64,000 nucleotides of DNA from Lytechinus pictus (GCF_037042905.1 NC_087247.1:67394001-67458000), one strand, 5' to 3'; numbered from the stretch's first letter, positions 1-15,134 are shown. Program-made: numbers and translations. Notes: generated by a model from the sequence alone, not told the origin.

Positions 1-135
1 AGATTTGTAGAATAGTCTGGGAATATTCATCTCTGTAAAATTTTATAATATAAAGGTTATTTCCAATTCCATTTAATGAGTCAAACTCGAAACAAATATG
101 GGACCAATCATAACTAAGGGAAGATCCACTTCTAG

Positions 136-971
136 GGGTGTGTTTATGCTTCCATTGCGTAGACAGAATCAGCGTTTTTGAACGTTGATCAGAACTCCAA
201 TCGTAAACGTGGTTCTGGAACTACTGTTTATGCTTAATTTTTCAGAGTCAAAACCGCGATCTGCAGCTGGCTTTGCATCGTAATTTTCGTTGAGCAGGAA
301 AGCGAGGTCATATTGGGCGGGCCTTTTTTCGATTTTTTTTTTCCTGAGTGTTGTTATGGTCTAACAATTTCCAATCTTTTCTAGTAATTGCATGGAGCTA
401 CTTGACATAGCCATAGAATTTCCACCACGGTGAGGATGATAGTAAGACAAAATAAAGTATACAAGTATACATAAAATAATAAGACATCAATTATGGTTTT
501 TGTTGATGCTACTGGGGATTCTGGCTCTGGGATGTCTCCTCATCATAACTCATATTCCAGAGAATTTTTTAATACCTCAGCATTCATCTTGATGACAAAT
601 TAGAGGAATAGTAATAATCACATGCAAATGTACATTTGTCATTATTAGAACCAGGGAGTTGAGAGATAATTCAGTGAAGGTAATTCCGTTAGAACCATGT
701 GACTGTGTTTGCCCGCGGATTTTCATCTCACCGTTGGTATATGTACCAAATGACGTCATTTAAACACGTTTACGATTGTGGTCCTGTTTATACTTTCCAG
801 AAACTCTGATTGTGGCCAGATGACGTTTTGAAACGCACCTTTTTGTATGTTTATGATTGGTGTCCTGAAATGTTGTTTAAATGAAAACAAGCATGGACGC
901 AACAGTGTTTTGGACTAATCACATATGAAAATGCTGATTCTGGCCTGAAAACTGGATGCATAAACATGCCC
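136..971. mobile_element. Non-autonomous TIR element (PIF/Harbinger-like MITE)
   Basis: Imperfect TIRs gggtgtgtttatgcttcca...agaatcagcg and gctgattct...tggatgcataaacatgccc; flanked by TAG and TAA; internal repeats of gtttatgct and aaacgtg motifs. Confidence 0.6.
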
Positions 972-3900
972 TAAGTGTTGGGATTCTCATCAAGACTCTG
1001 ACAAAAATATATTCTCCTGTTCAGGGACATGCAAATTAAAGATACCAAATAACTTAGTTTTTCTCTATAATTATAAACCTAATTTATCATGATTACTTAC
1101 TTTATTGCTGATAAATAGGGTTTCTCTCCATGAATTGAATCTATAAAAAAAAAAATGTAGATATGTACCTACATGCATGTGAAATGCGCACCTCATGGTA
1201 AATTTCAAGTATCCCTACTTATCCAAATACCAAATAAAATGAGTTTACCAAATTGAAAACAAAGTTTATCAAGAAAAACAATTTATGTTGACATGATTTC
1301 TGTAATTGAAAAGCTACTTACAAAAAGGCTTTGTAACAAAAGCCTTTTTTATTTCTCAATAATGGCATTAAATCTAGGATAAATCCTAACTTTCTTGGTC
1401 AAAGGATTTAGAGGCTTTAGGAGGCCTGGCTCATCTCCTATTACACAGCAACAACACCACATCTTGTCTTATCGGAAGATTAAGCAACACTCTTGAACTT
1501 GAAGTGATTATTAAGATGATGAGTGAATCATTTTGACCTTCGTAGGACTCTCATTGACATTATGAATCATCATGCCTTTTCATATACATGTACTACTATA
1601 CTGTTTGAAATCCTAAATGATGTCAACGGTGAAATAATGTGCTTATTGCTGTTGAATTATTTCTTTCCTGTGCGAGTACATTATTTCTTTTCCTCACTAC
1701 AATTTGCTCGTCAATAAACAATGTAATACATTTCTTGATTGAATAGTCTTGTTCTGATTTTCTGCAAATTAATTCTTTCTCAATTCTTTCTTTTTTTGAG
1801 AGGGTGGGTTGAATCAAATAAACAAATTTAATTCCAATTATTTACATTATTCTTAGGTGTTTGTTAATGAGTATATCAAACGGTCCAAGATAATTTAAGT
1901 CATAATATGTGCCCTGTTGTTAAATATGAGAAACGCGTCATAGAATTGTGTGTAATATGCATGTTACATGAATTACAGATATATCTGAATGATTAGCAAA
2001 TTGCTTTTACAATACTTAAATTTTATCCAACAGTCCTGTATTTCATACTTTACAGAAGCAGTTTTTCTACATGAGAATTAAAATAAAATGTAAATTTAAT
2101 GAATCAGAAAATGTTCTAAGATTATAATAAACATAGTCAAGTCAAAGTTAACATACTTATCCATAAATATCAATTGTTTGCTCAGATTGTAAAGTCTGCC
2201 ATATCTTCAGAAATATTTGTCCCATCATAATGAATTTGGTATCAAATAAAAGACCTGTTATAAGGTTTAAATTATTTTTTTTTCAATGTAATTTTCTTCA
2301 AATAATCTGACTTTTGGAGGGCAAAATGTTATACTCCTACTATCTAATTAAATTTCCTTACCAACATATTGTCCAATTTGATTACATGAGGTGTAAATTT
2401 AGATGAATGGAACAGAGATAAGTGATAAGATGGTGGTATGTTGTCATATTTTAAAGGAATAATTACAAAATGAAAAAAACTATTGATGATTTACTACCAC
2501 AGATTGACTTATATTTTTGCCTCAATTTTCTTTCAACAAAAAGTGTACAAGAATGCATTGAATAATTCAGAGGACTGTCAATTATTACCTCAAATGTTTC
2601 CAGATTCAAATTTTCATCAGGATGGTTGATATTGTATCGATCAATGTTTGCCAAGATACGTTCTCATGGGTTGAATTTTCTTCTTTTTTAGCTGATAAAT
2701 TGTGATAATAGATTATGCATTTGAAATGACACCTTTCAAATTATTACATAATGACTCTTTAAAATTCACTGTAATTGGCTTTGGGAATTGTGGATTTCTG
2801 TGTGTCATTTAATTTTGAAAATCATTTTGTATTTTATTGTATGAATTGCATTTAGAAAGAGTTTGAATTTAATGATATTATGCTTCTTGCCATTCACTGT
2901 AGTGTGGGAATCATCTAAACATGAAGTTTATGACACTTATAATTGTGGTTCGACTATTGAGATATAAATATCTAGTTCTTGATTAGACAATAGGAGATTT
3001 CCTGTACATTTATAACAGTGGCATAATTTTCCTTTGTCCAAAGAATTAGGTAGGCTCATGCAATGATTCATTGCCCTGTGAATGCTTTAACAACCAATTA
3101 CATCAGCAAAATTATTGATCTGTGTATTACCAATTCTGCAGCAAATAGTAACCATGGTCTGTAACCATGGCAACATAATAGATGATGGAAATCCATTGCA
3201 AATCACACAAATCCTCATATCTCCAAAAGTGATGAAAAGGAGCAAATTTTTTTTAATGTCATGAATATTTTTGATTATCTGTTTGCACTGCCTGATATGA
3301 TGGATAATGAGATTAGAAAGCGTGTTCATAAATGATTTATTAGACACTTAATACACTTTCCCTTCTATCAATTAGTTTGAATGCACTTTCTGTCAAGGAG
3401 GATTTGTTAGTACATGTTATCTTCATCTTTGATATTCCCTTGATATTTAATGCTCAATCAAGCTACTCTAAAAGAACTGCACTTACTTCAAAAGTCTGAA
3501 GGAAATTGTTTGTGATAACATCTTAATTAGTGCCACTTTTGTCTACCTTCCTGGGAATTTTTAGCACCAAACAGTCAAAATTTAGCTGGGTCATGCTGTC
3601 CGAACAGCAAGGGTTGGTAATTAATTTGTTTCTCCCACTGACCTCAATGAGTTCTCTCTTATTCTGCTTTCAAATCTTTCTTTATTTCCTGTTCTTTTCT
3701 CCTATCCCCTGTTTCTTCTATAGAACATTAAGCTAATAAAACAATAGCATTCTTTGTTCACATCCTACTTCATGCTCTACTTTTTTTCCAGATTACAACT
3801 TAAAATGGCTTATCCAGTGTTTTCTTCCCCCGATAAACAAGCAATCACAATATGTGCATGGTCAATGACTATATTTTTAGGATAATTTAATGAAATATTG

Positions 3901-5317
3901 ATTATTAAAATGCATGTTTAATGCACTTTAACAGTACAAAAATGTGTTAAAGGGGAATCTCACCCTGATGATAAAGGTGTTTTAATAAAAACAGAAAACT
4001 AAAGAATAATATTGGTGAAGATTTGATAAAATCCATCAACTAATTAGAGAGTATGATTTTTTTCCATCCCTCTGTGCCTCGGAATAGTTTACTAGATAGA
4101 TGGCACATAATAAATGCTGTGTATTATTATTTATTATTATGAATAGTTATTTGAATTTAACTTCATATAATGAGCGATGGCTCCGATATAAATTCTATTA
4201 ATTTCCATTCTTTAATTCTTCATGATGACTGGAAATATCTATAAAAAAAAGCAGGTATGAATGGATGTGTCTGATGTAATGAAGTAAAATCATGCTGATT
4301 TTTCTTAGAAAATTGCATTAAATTTTTTTTAAAACATGTAACCAATGCAATGGACGAGCTGGACGCATGTGAAGTCATAAATATTTGTTTTAACTTCCCC
4401 TAAATGCTGAAGCACTATTGGTGGCTATATTTAGGCCGTGGTCTGTTGTCATATCTGACAAACCTTTGAAGTCACTATTATATTTCAATGATATTATTAT
4501 TTTTATGATTACATGTATTGGTGTTGTTGCTTTTTGTTATACAATTAAAATGTCTGAAGTATCCCTTTTTCTGCAGAAAACCCCTAAGTATTAAGATGAT
4601 GTGTGATGGAAGGTAATACAAAGCCCTTTTTATGGAATTATTTTCTTGCAGAGTGAAATGGAGAAGGTGAAGAGTTTCTCACTTTGCTGGCATCATGCAT
4701 AAGTGTTGTCCTTGGATGGTTAATGGGTTAGCAAGTAGCTCAATCCAAATACCAGCCAATAGCAAGTCCCTAGACACCCCTAGCCGCGTGTGAATTTAGC
4801 CCCCTCCTTACCATCAGAGCATGCAAGTGGCTCATTATGGCTGCATTAAAACTTAATTAGTTCACTCACTTAGGGGAGCCATTCACAAGGAAGAGTTGCT
4901 AAGAAAAGGCAACTTTGATGTGGTCACTTAAAATCCTCTATGGTACAACAGTTAATGACTGGAGTGTTGCTTTTAAAAGCAACCATTATTTTGATTGTTA
5001 TTGGTGTTTTTAATGTGATGATGTTACCCATTTACATAAATTTGTCCAAGAGTAAAAGAAGATACAGATACTATGTAGGCCCTATTTGACAAGGGCAACA
5101 AAACAAAATCACTCAGGATTTCTTGTTTCATAAGCTAGCTCTGTATTTAATTATACTGGTCAATATTAATAGTCTCTTGTGAACTGGATTTCAATCTTGA
5201 GATGCAGTGAACTTTTGATGGGCCTCTCTTGTATATCTGGTCAACTATCTTGTTTACAATTGCATCAATATTTGAAACAACAGCAGCCGAAATCTTCCAT
5301 TTGAATAATATTACTAT

Positions 5318-6137
5318 GGGTGCGTTTATGCACCACTTTTCTTTACACATGATTTTTTACCCATGATTCAAATCATGATTCTGCAGATTCATGATTGCAT
5401 TTAGTCAAAAGTGAAAATAAATGTCTTTCAAGTTTCAAATCACAAATATGAAACATGGAAAGAGGGGTGTTTGGAAAGACGTTATTGTAGAATCACAAAC
5501 GAAAAAGGTTGTATAAACGTAGTCGTGATTTGAATCATGATTCTATGACGTCACTGTGTCGGGCAGCTTCCGGCTTGACCCTTACCAAGCACAAGGCGCA
5601 ACGCTCTGCTCACGGTGTATGTACATAATTATGTGCTGTGCATGCATTTCTTGTCACTTGCATTTATTGAAGTTTTGTGTTGGTCATCGCATCGTCCGTT
5701 GCTTTTCATTTTGTTTTTTTTGTCATGGCTTTAACTTCAAATTCTAGTATATGAACTTAACTGGACTGACGATGAACTCAGTTGTTGTTGAGTGAACAGT
5801 GCCGATATGAAATTTGATTTACGGTGAAATTCACTTCCAAATACTATTTTCGTTAAACCGACAAGATGAATAGAAGTAAACAAAATGAGGTATAATAGAC
5901 TAAATCCTGAAAGCAAAAGATTGATTTTTTGAGAGCCGAATCATGCGCAAAAAGTTGACGTATACTTCCTGTGTCAAACTGCGCAATGTGATGCGCACTG
6001 GATCGGCCTGAATCAGAGGAGAAACAGCATTGGAATGTAAGTCGTCTAAACCCTGATTCTGTGGTATTGTGATTCATGTTTGTGTTTTGAATCATAATTC
6101 AAATCATGATTCTGGCTTGAGGTCGCATAAACGAAGC
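5318..6137. mobile_element. Non-autonomous TIR element with termini related to 136-971
   Basis: Termini gggtgcgtttatgc and gcataaacgaagc; repeated palindromic aatcatgatt subterminal motifs; CpG-rich interior. Confidence 0.55.
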
Positions 6138-7347
6138 AACCATAGATTTATGGAAAATTTAGTAGAGACATGGAAATAAGAAAGCTGCTGATCTTTGGAG
6201 ATAGAAAAGTATTTCTTATCAAGAAACAATGGTGCCATATTAAGATATTTTTCAAAGATCATATCTGTATTCTGATTTATGGATCCTGTACTTTTGCAAA
6301 TCATGCTCTGAGCAAAATACATCTCTGACATGGTTATGGTTATATTAACTCTTTGGTTTTAACTAGTTTGTGTGAATGATAAATAATAGAGATATAAGTA
6401 AAATTAAAGGGCACTTGTTAATTGGTTCCTAGGGCATAATTGAAAAGCAATATTTAATCTTGACTCCAATCGTTTCCTGCATTGCTCCAAGAATGTACCA
6501 ACAAAGAGCAAAGGAACACACCTGTGAAGGAACGCTCAGTTATTGTACCTACATGTAGGCATATCTTTTTATAGAGTCATCACATCATAGACAATTTCCT
6601 GAGTTTTGGCAATGTTTATCCAAGAGCTTTAGCAGTCAGGATGTTTTATTCAACTATATTTGATTGGAGGAAAGCAGTTGGTTGTAGAAACACTTGTCAG
6701 GCCCTCCTTTATCACCCTTCATCTTACCCCTATTTCTTGTTGTCTTGCTCCCCAGTGGACTTGGCTGTTACCTCAGTATTCAGTAGGGTTATTGTGTATA
6801 TCCTCTCCATGTCTAACAGTTTGCTCTGAGGGAAATGAGACATAAAGAGCTCCCATCTGCCATACAATCTAGGTTGGACTTCCAATTCCGATAATTTCCT
6901 GCTTTCTGCTAGCTATATTTGGGGAACCATTTCTTCCATATATTTCACCCAATACTAGTTGAATCAGAGAAAGGAATTAAATTGATTGATATTGGAATTG
7001 GAAGTAAATAGAAAATCATTTTTGAATAGTAAAAAAAATCCCCACCTTTTGTCTCTTGCCCTTGTAGGAGAGGTGACCTTGGTATTTCAATGTGTGCATT
7101 TGTCATGGAGGTTTCTTATACATCAATAATTTGTTATGAATCACTTGCAATAATATATTTCCAAGGGATGGTTTTTTCTTAGCATGCTTGGGTATTTTCT
7201 TAGCATGCTTGGGCATTAGCGATTTTCATTTTTTGTAATATACATGTACATTATGTTTTACAGTGGGAAAGTGCTATACTGTACATAATATATTATGTAC
7301 AGTATAATAATAAAGTGCTAATAATATTATAAATATTATAATAATAT

Positions 7348-7513
7348 NNNNNNNNNNNNNNNNNNNNNNNNNNNNNNNNNNNNNNNNNNNNNNNNNNNNN
7401 NNNNNNNNNNNNNNNNNNNNNNNNNNNNNNNNNNNNNNNNNNNNNNNNNNNNNNNNNNNNNNNNNNNNNNNNNNNNNNNNNNNNNNNNNNNNNNNNNNNN
7501 NNNNNNNNNNNNN
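7348..7513. other. Assembly gap (166 N) in AT-rich repeat
   Basis: Run of N. The sequence aaagtgctata(c/g)tgtacataata(t/c)attatgtaca occurs on both sides. Confidence 0.98.
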
Positions 7514-7888
7514 ATACTTTATTATTATAAAGTGCTTTATAATAATAAAGTGCTATAGTGTACATAATACATTATGTACATGTTATTTGTACATAATTAA
7601 TGACCTGCTTTGACAATACCCTTTGAATCAAATTATATTTTCTTATTTTGTCTTGGAGGCCCTCAAAAAATGCCCTCAATGTTTTCTTGCTTTAAAAAAA
7701 AATCCAGCCCTTTTCTTTGAATGTATTATGCACTGGATTTCCCCTTTCCCATTGTATATTTGTAGATATTTAACCATATTTTTCTTAGATTTTCTATTTG
7801 TTGTCTAAAATTAACACATATTGCTCAAATGTCAGTGTCAGTCCTCTAATTGTTGTGTCTTTCATTGTTATGTATGCTTTGTATGCAG

Positions 7889-7944
7889 GAAAATCCAAGG
7901 ATCTGTATTCAATGCCATCATACTCCTCAATATCAAGAGAATCG
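7889..7944 (+). CDS. TCF12: E-protein (TCF3/TCF4/TCF12 family) internal coding exon, xKSKDLYSMPSYSSISRES
   Basis: Acceptor ctttgtatgcag, donor TCG|gtaagt; 56 nt, phase 1->0, which fits the next exon. Resembles TCF4 SKTERGSYSSYGRES and TCF12 GKTSERGSFSLYSRDT (recalled). The symbol stands for the family; an invertebrate gene would be co-orthologous to TCF3/4/12. Confidence 0.75.
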
Positions 7945-10900
7945 GTAAGTGAAGCTGCTTTCCTTCAGTAAACTGAGGCTGAGATGAGGAGAGGGTTGTT
8001 GTTGAGATAGTCATAGACAAGAAGTGTTGGACACTCACTTGGTCAAGTAGCCATGGAGAAGAGATGGGTGGTAGAGAGTAGTAACTCCATTCAGAATCCT
8101 AGTGTAAAAAATAGGGAAAAGAGTAGCACTGAAGGAATTTATGAAAAGCTTAGATATGAGGCAAGGAAATCACTCATGCGCTTGCTTTTAGAATGGAAAG
8201 TAGATACTGAATGTTCTTGCCTAAATTGATTTGCTGTTGTATGGAATGAATGGTCATGTTTAGTGTATGATGATCTCTAAAATATCTGTAAAATCATTTA
8301 GTATCATATATAAAACAATGACAAATTTATTTCAAACTAGTGGATAACTTGTGGATAGCTGAATAGGCTTATTAGGCATACAGAGAAATAATCATGTATA
8401 CTGTTTGCTAGTTAACAATCACTTATTAAGTAAACCACCAGCTAAACGCTAGCTAGTTACTAGCTTGCAGCATGCTGAATTTCTACAGGGGGCTAGAAAG
8501 AAGTTATTAATTTCTTGATTTAAAATGCTATAACAACAAAATTTCCTAATAATAAAAACAATAGAAGAAATTGGAACCCTGTTCATTAGTCCATATTTGA
8601 CAGTGATATAGATCATCAAATTCTACCATTTTTTTTTCTTTTTATGTGACTATAGTTGAAGTTTCGCTTATTGAATCAATGCCTATTCAAATCTCCTTTA
8701 AATGAAAAATATGATATTGCAGAAAGTAATACAGAAGAAAGAGGTGCGAAACAAGGAAATAAAAACAATTTTGAAAGAACAAAAGGGCATCCAAAGTTCA
8801 TCCTAAAAGAGTGCTTATCTAAGGGGTTCATAACATTTCTGGTTTAAGACCCAAGGAAAACAACATGTGTATCACTGGCAAAGTTAAAATGGGATATTTG
8901 ACAGCCGACAGAAATCTTAGTAGGGATGTAGTTGACACGGCAACAGCCCGCGGCCAGCCTCAAGTCAGAGTTAGGGAGGAAAAGAAGGGTGTTGGTAGCT
9001 CCAGCTGTACAGCGGTTGATTAGCTTTGAATTTATTTGCCTGTTTTGGAATGTCACTTCTACCTTAGATGTGAAGTGAGTTGTCAAGACTTGTCTTACTA
9101 GTTCAATCAAAACTAGATCCAACTCTTCATTTCTCTCTCCCATCTCTCTTTTGAACACTAAAATAGGACAAATTGACTAAGAGGACAAATAAAATAATTT
9201 GTAATATATTTGAATGAAATTTCATTTAGTTTGCAATTTACCTGATTTTGTAGTGCAATATGGACAATTTAATTTCTGAGTTATTTAACCACAGATTGTA
9301 GTACACTTGAAATATAATTCAAGATAGTGAGCTTTGAGATGAACAAAATATCACTTTGCCATTTTTAAAAATGTAATGATTTTATGTTACCCAAAATTGA
9401 AAATAAAAAAACTTTCAGGTTTTTGTGACTTAATACTGTAATGACATGCACAATGATTTGTATGTTGTGGTATCCGAGAAAGTCATTAGCTACAGTCTTT
9501 GCGGAATGGTTTATCATGTTGCCATATGGATGTTATGATGGTTGGCCTGCTTTCTGTTTTAGTTCTGTCAGTACTCGGCATTGACACTGCAAGCATAATT
9601 TGACACTATTAATGTATTAAGCAGGCTTAACTGTTACAACCACACAGCTTAAATAATCACAGCTGTATATTGATGAGATACACAGAGTGGATTAGCTCCT
9701 TTTGATGTACATGGGGCAGATGGTTTAGGTACAGGTGTTCTAGAGGGGGATTTCCCATCCAGCTGCCACTGAACTCTCCAAGCTAATTTAACTTGGCATG
9801 TGGTAGGGGGATCCCCAACTAACACATGTGGGCTACCAGCCAGGTCTAGTAGTATCTGTGTGTATACTGACCTTCTGCTATCAACTTGCAGAATTAACAA
9901 TCTTCTCGGGATATGCCGGTTACTATTATCACTAGACTAAGGGATATCAATGTGCATGATTTTTACCAATATTTTTGGAAGATCAATTACTCAGGTGAGA
10001 AAAGGTCTTTGAAAACTGTGTTTTGTGCTCTTCGTTTAATAGTTCATACATGTATACTGTTTTTTTTTTTTTAATCCAGTGTTCTTGTAAGGAGATGCAC
10101 ATTTATACAGCATCTACACATAAGATCAGTTAGCCGCTTTTTTTTTTAGATGAAATATTTAAATTATTGAAACTTAATCTTTTTTTGGTATGTATGTATG
10201 TTTGTTTCGAGAAAAACAAATGAACAAGCATTGAAATGCAGTTGATATGCATGTAGGCCTGGAGTAAAGTTTGAATTTATCTCAAAATTATCAGGTCATT
10301 ATGTCTGTAATCTAAAATACTTTTTCAGGTACGTAATGATGTTCCTATATTGGGGTATTTGAACCCGTCACTAATATAATCTAATATTCCCTGTGTTTTA
10401 TATTGGGTTAAAAAGATATATTATTGGTTGTGATAGCGTCACATTGAAAATCGGATGACAGCTGATATGATTTTTATATGGATGTTGTAACAACTGACCG
10501 GAAGCATCAATATATTTTTTATGTCATACCAACACTAGTACAGCAGGTTTGAGTGAAATTCAATTCAGATATGGAATTATGAAGTTTCTTTTAATGATCT
10601 TTTATGTTTGAGTTGGAAAATTGATCTCTATGAAAACAGACATCTTAGGTACATGTAGTCCTGTTTACCTTGTGTGAATAGATTTCAAGTTGGGTCGGGG
10701 GGGGGGGGGGGGATAGAAAATTGAAATGAAAGAATGGAGAGAGTAAAACAGAGATGATAGGATAAAGCTCAGGAGAAAGGACAGTATGTCCTTCTTTTAA
10801 GGATTTTGGAGTTCACTGAAATTTTAAGTGACCTCATGAATGCAGATGCATGCACCAGCTTTGATTTGACTAACGTTACCCAGATGAGAGCTGGGGTGAG

Positions 10901-13900
10901 AGATGAAACTGTATACATCATGCCGATGAAATCTCACTGAAAAAATCTCTGCTTTCTCTTAAGCAGCGAGCCTAATGCCTGGGTGATGAGCTGATTGTTG
11001 ATAGGAAAATGTAGTGTGTGGAACTAACACCATATTTACTGATATACCCCCCCCCCCTCCAAGTTCCTAATACCCATTATGCAAAGAGCTCTCTACCTCT
11101 CATTTTAGGTTTGGTTGAGAATTCAGTCTTACCATGTCTTAGTCCCTTTTGATTGCCAATTGCATTTATGCGTTAGGGTGGCTTGAGTCCTGTCTGTAGA
11201 GACATGTTTTGGGGGATTGGATTGCCGCAGCGCTCAATCATACGAGTGCACCACCTGGCCAGGTGCGCTTTTTGTTAGCACAGGGACAATTGCTTGGTTG
11301 ACTTTTGACGAGGAGGGCTTTCAGAGGTTTCTCGTCATGCGACCCTAGCTTGGTGAAGAAGAAGTGCAGCTTCATCGTCGCCGATGGTGATTGACTTCGC
11401 TGTAGCTGTGTAGATCTAGAGCTGATGTGAACAAAGTCTTGCTGACATTGCAATACATCACCCTGAATGCCTGTCAGCCTTGCTTCTGGTTACTTCGCTG
11501 GAAAGTAAGGTTGTGCGAAAAAAAAATCGGTCTGATGGCAGATGTAAATAGGTTACAGGACCATTACAACTATCATTCAGGTCAACCCGGTTGTTGGATA
11601 AAGTCTTGTAGAAATTGTTATTTGTTGGAAAGAGGTTTCCTGAATGGGCAAACAGTTCAACTTTGATGAGTCCAGGGCCAATCTAAGATATGGCAGGTTG
11701 ACTGTCCCCGCAGGCTTCCAATACTATCTCTGTCTTCGCTTCACCTTTACACAATTTACATGTAGTTAAACCTCCCACTGTAGTCACCTATACATTATTC
11801 ATAGATTTTTGTCTCCAATTTCAACATCTCACTTAAGTTCTCTTCCCGGAAAGTTAAACTAGTACTTTAATTCTTCTTCCACTTTTCAGAACATTGCAAT
11901 TATCCAGTAAAATATGACTTTGATTGGTTCTTTATTTTTTTCCCTCTGGGCCTATGGTATTTCTTTATCACATTGAGTTTATAATATATTCTTTTGGGGA
12001 TATTGCTTCTAAAAAAGGAAATAAAGAGAAAAGGCTGTGGGATGTAAGGAAAAAAACCATTGAAAAGGGTCAATTTCTTCTAAATGCTCTTGAAGAATCA
12101 TTTCTTAAAGAGTAATTAGAAGAAAAAGCTACTAATAAGTGGAATATACATGTAGAAACTAATGATCTTTTGTTATATTCACAGTCACAAAAATACACAT
12201 TATTTATTAATTAAACCAATATGATCTCTTATACATGTGTGAACATTTATGTAAATGTAAGCGACTAAGCATTCTTTACCAACCCCCACCCCCTGACAGT
12301 CTGATACATGTTCATGTAAGAATATTTCATCTCTCTTTTTAAAAATCAAAGTTCTTATCAATTTGCAGATGATGCCAATACATTAGTTAAACGCAGAAAA
12401 AACAGAGTTATTGTTAAACGAACAAGAAAGCTGGTCAAGCTCATATTGTAATAGAGAAGAGCACGATATGCATGTGAATTTTGGGTGTATTTTAGTAACA
12501 TATGATTTTTTTTTGCTGAACAAAAAGTATGGAGAACAATAAAAACAATGCAACAAAGTTAAATTATTAGTAATGTAGCTTTTAAAACATATATGATATT
12601 ACCTTTCTATCCCATAGACACCATCTGTATGATTTATCAATATTAAACATGAACAATTTGATTTTATCTTTTGAATAAAAATTTAAGAATAAATTGATTG
12701 ATTTCGAGCAACATTTGACAAACTGTAGGATTCCTCTTCACTAGAATGGACAACCACTTAAAATGTATGATTACAGTTCAGATGAAAGCAACTGTGCTCA
12801 ATTGACCATATTGATGTAAAACTAAATCTAGATGTGAAAGAGAGAGTGTATGGTATAGACTGTTTGTTGGAGCACTGCCTTGCAAACACAGCTGGGAAAT
12901 CAACAGCTATTTCTCACGATTAGCAAATCACACATGTTTTATTGATCTATTATTCCTGCACTACTCTCACACAATTTTGCTATTCATTTTCACTTTATTC
13001 AAATTCTTAATAAGCAGACTTACACGTAGATAGTGTGTATTGTTTATGTGTACTGATTATAAACTTATCCATAATTTTTTTATATTCCCCCAATTCTGTG
13101 ATCAATGTCTATTAGTACATGTACATTTCTCATGATAGCAGCAATAGAAAGTGCTGGTGTGAATATTGTTGATGTGTTTTTATTTTTGCAGGAATTCATG
13201 TACACTGTAGAGTGTATAAAACCATCCTGAATGTCATTTAATATCTTTATTTCATTAGTAACATCTGATAAATTATTTATAAAAGAATTTGATCAGTCTT
13301 ATTCACAGGGAAAAAGAAAATCTTTACGTATTGATTTTACAATACTCTAGGCAATTAAAAAAAACAATATTGAAATCTTGATGAACATTGTTTCAAACCA
13401 AATGCAATTTGTAGTTGAATTATTTATCAAGTCACTTTATTCATAGATAGATTTACATTTGAATACCTTGGTATTTGGTAATATAATTCACGGTGTGTGA
13501 GTGTGTGTGTGTATGGAGAAATGCCTAGTGTAAGATTTGAGTGTGCATAATTATGTGTGATTGTAGAGAAAGAACAGCAGCTGGTTAGTTCCCATGGTAA
13601 TACAATATATGTCGTCTCTGTTCTTATTATCACAGGGTTTTGTGTAAGGTGAAATAAATATATAGAAATGCATTGTAACAATCAATGACTATTGTAATAT
13701 TAAACAATTGTCCCAAAAGTTTCTCAAACTAAAATAATTCATTAGATTTGGTTTGCATCTTTTAATGCCTGTCTAAAGCTGCAGTAAAGACTCAGTATTA
13801 AATATGAATGATATTGGTGTATCTTACATTCCAATCTTACAAAAGTGAAGAGACTGAAAAAAATGTTATGTTACATATCTAGTAGCTTAATGTATATCAG

Positions 13901-15134
13901 AAAGTTATGAAAAAATATTTTATTACCTGAAATTTTCTGCCCATTAGATACTTGAGAAATGGTTTTATAAAAAAAAGTTGGGATCCTGACTGAAATGAAT
14001 ATTTACAATTACATAATTCATGTGAAATTACAAAAGACAATCTGCTAAAAAATATTTTTACTTAACATTGTCAACACCATAATATATGATTTCAAGACAA
14101 ACACATATAATATAGTGTAGTAATATAATTTGAATAGTGACCAACTCTTCTGGGGATTAACCAAAACTTGAAAGAGGCTTAAAGTAAAAGAAATTAGAAA
14201 TTTATTTGCTAATATTCCCGTGCAGATAAGAGTTAATTATTGGGTAAAAAAATCCAGATGATTTCATAATCATCTGAATAGTCTAAATCAATGCTTAGTT
14301 TTTTGCCCCCTCCCTTGAGCTTTTGTCGTTTCCTGAGCTATTTATGAAAATCCAAGGCATCAGTTGCATTTCTTGTCTGTTCCCAAAATGTGCTCTTGCC
14401 CAAGACATCAATTACAGTCAAGTAATCTTAACCCATTGGTTTCTGGAACCTGATGATCTCTGTACAAAAAGTATGGGACTTACATATTTCAGTAGTCAAC
14501 GGGTTAAATGTTCTTGACAGGAATTGTGAGGATGGTTTTTATTTGGTTTGTCACAGTATTATATTCTAGAATGGTCCAAGATGGTCAAACAACTCTCATT
14601 TACGGACATGAACCAACACTGATGGTTTCACTTTGGAGCTTGTTTCATTTTTTTATTATTATTCATAGAGGCTGATCGTGCAATGAATTAGTTAAATGGA
14701 TTGAAATGCAAAGTTTAACTACATAATAACTGATTATCAACGTGTGCTTCAGTGTATTAGAAATATGATGCAAAGTGTGATCAAGTGTGAAGGAACGTGA
14801 GATTTCAATTCAGAGATTTGAATGAAGATGCAAATCTGATTATACATCTTTTTACCTGAGTGATCCCTTTTGTGATACTTGGCCTTCAGTCACACACACA
14901 TGTATTCAATTTTGAAAGCTTGTTTGAATTTGTATCTTCTACAGCTTTCTATAGACCAAATTCTTGAGTTTTACCTGGTCTTTATACCACAAGATCCAGG
15001 TAACTTCTGTATTCGTAAGCCTTCCACATACCCCAAGGTGCTATTTTCATTCTCTTTTCATTGTAGACTATTTTTTGTATCCCCTTTCTCTGTCTTTGGA
15101 TTTTGATGATGGTTGGGGTGTACCTGACTTTACT

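Noticed and set aside
3792-3866. Acceptor plus ATG (MAYPVFSSP...) as an upstream exon
   Set aside because: The donor is weak (gtcaat) and phase 2, incompatible with the phase-1 exon at 7889.
4652-4666. 15-nt micro-exon (SEMEK) after ttttcttgcag
   Set aside because: Weak donor (gtgaag), no homology, and reading it in phase 1 gives no supporting motif.
7174-7213. 21-bp tandem duplication
   Set aside because: Ordinary slippage-type duplication near an assembly gap, with no functional evidence.
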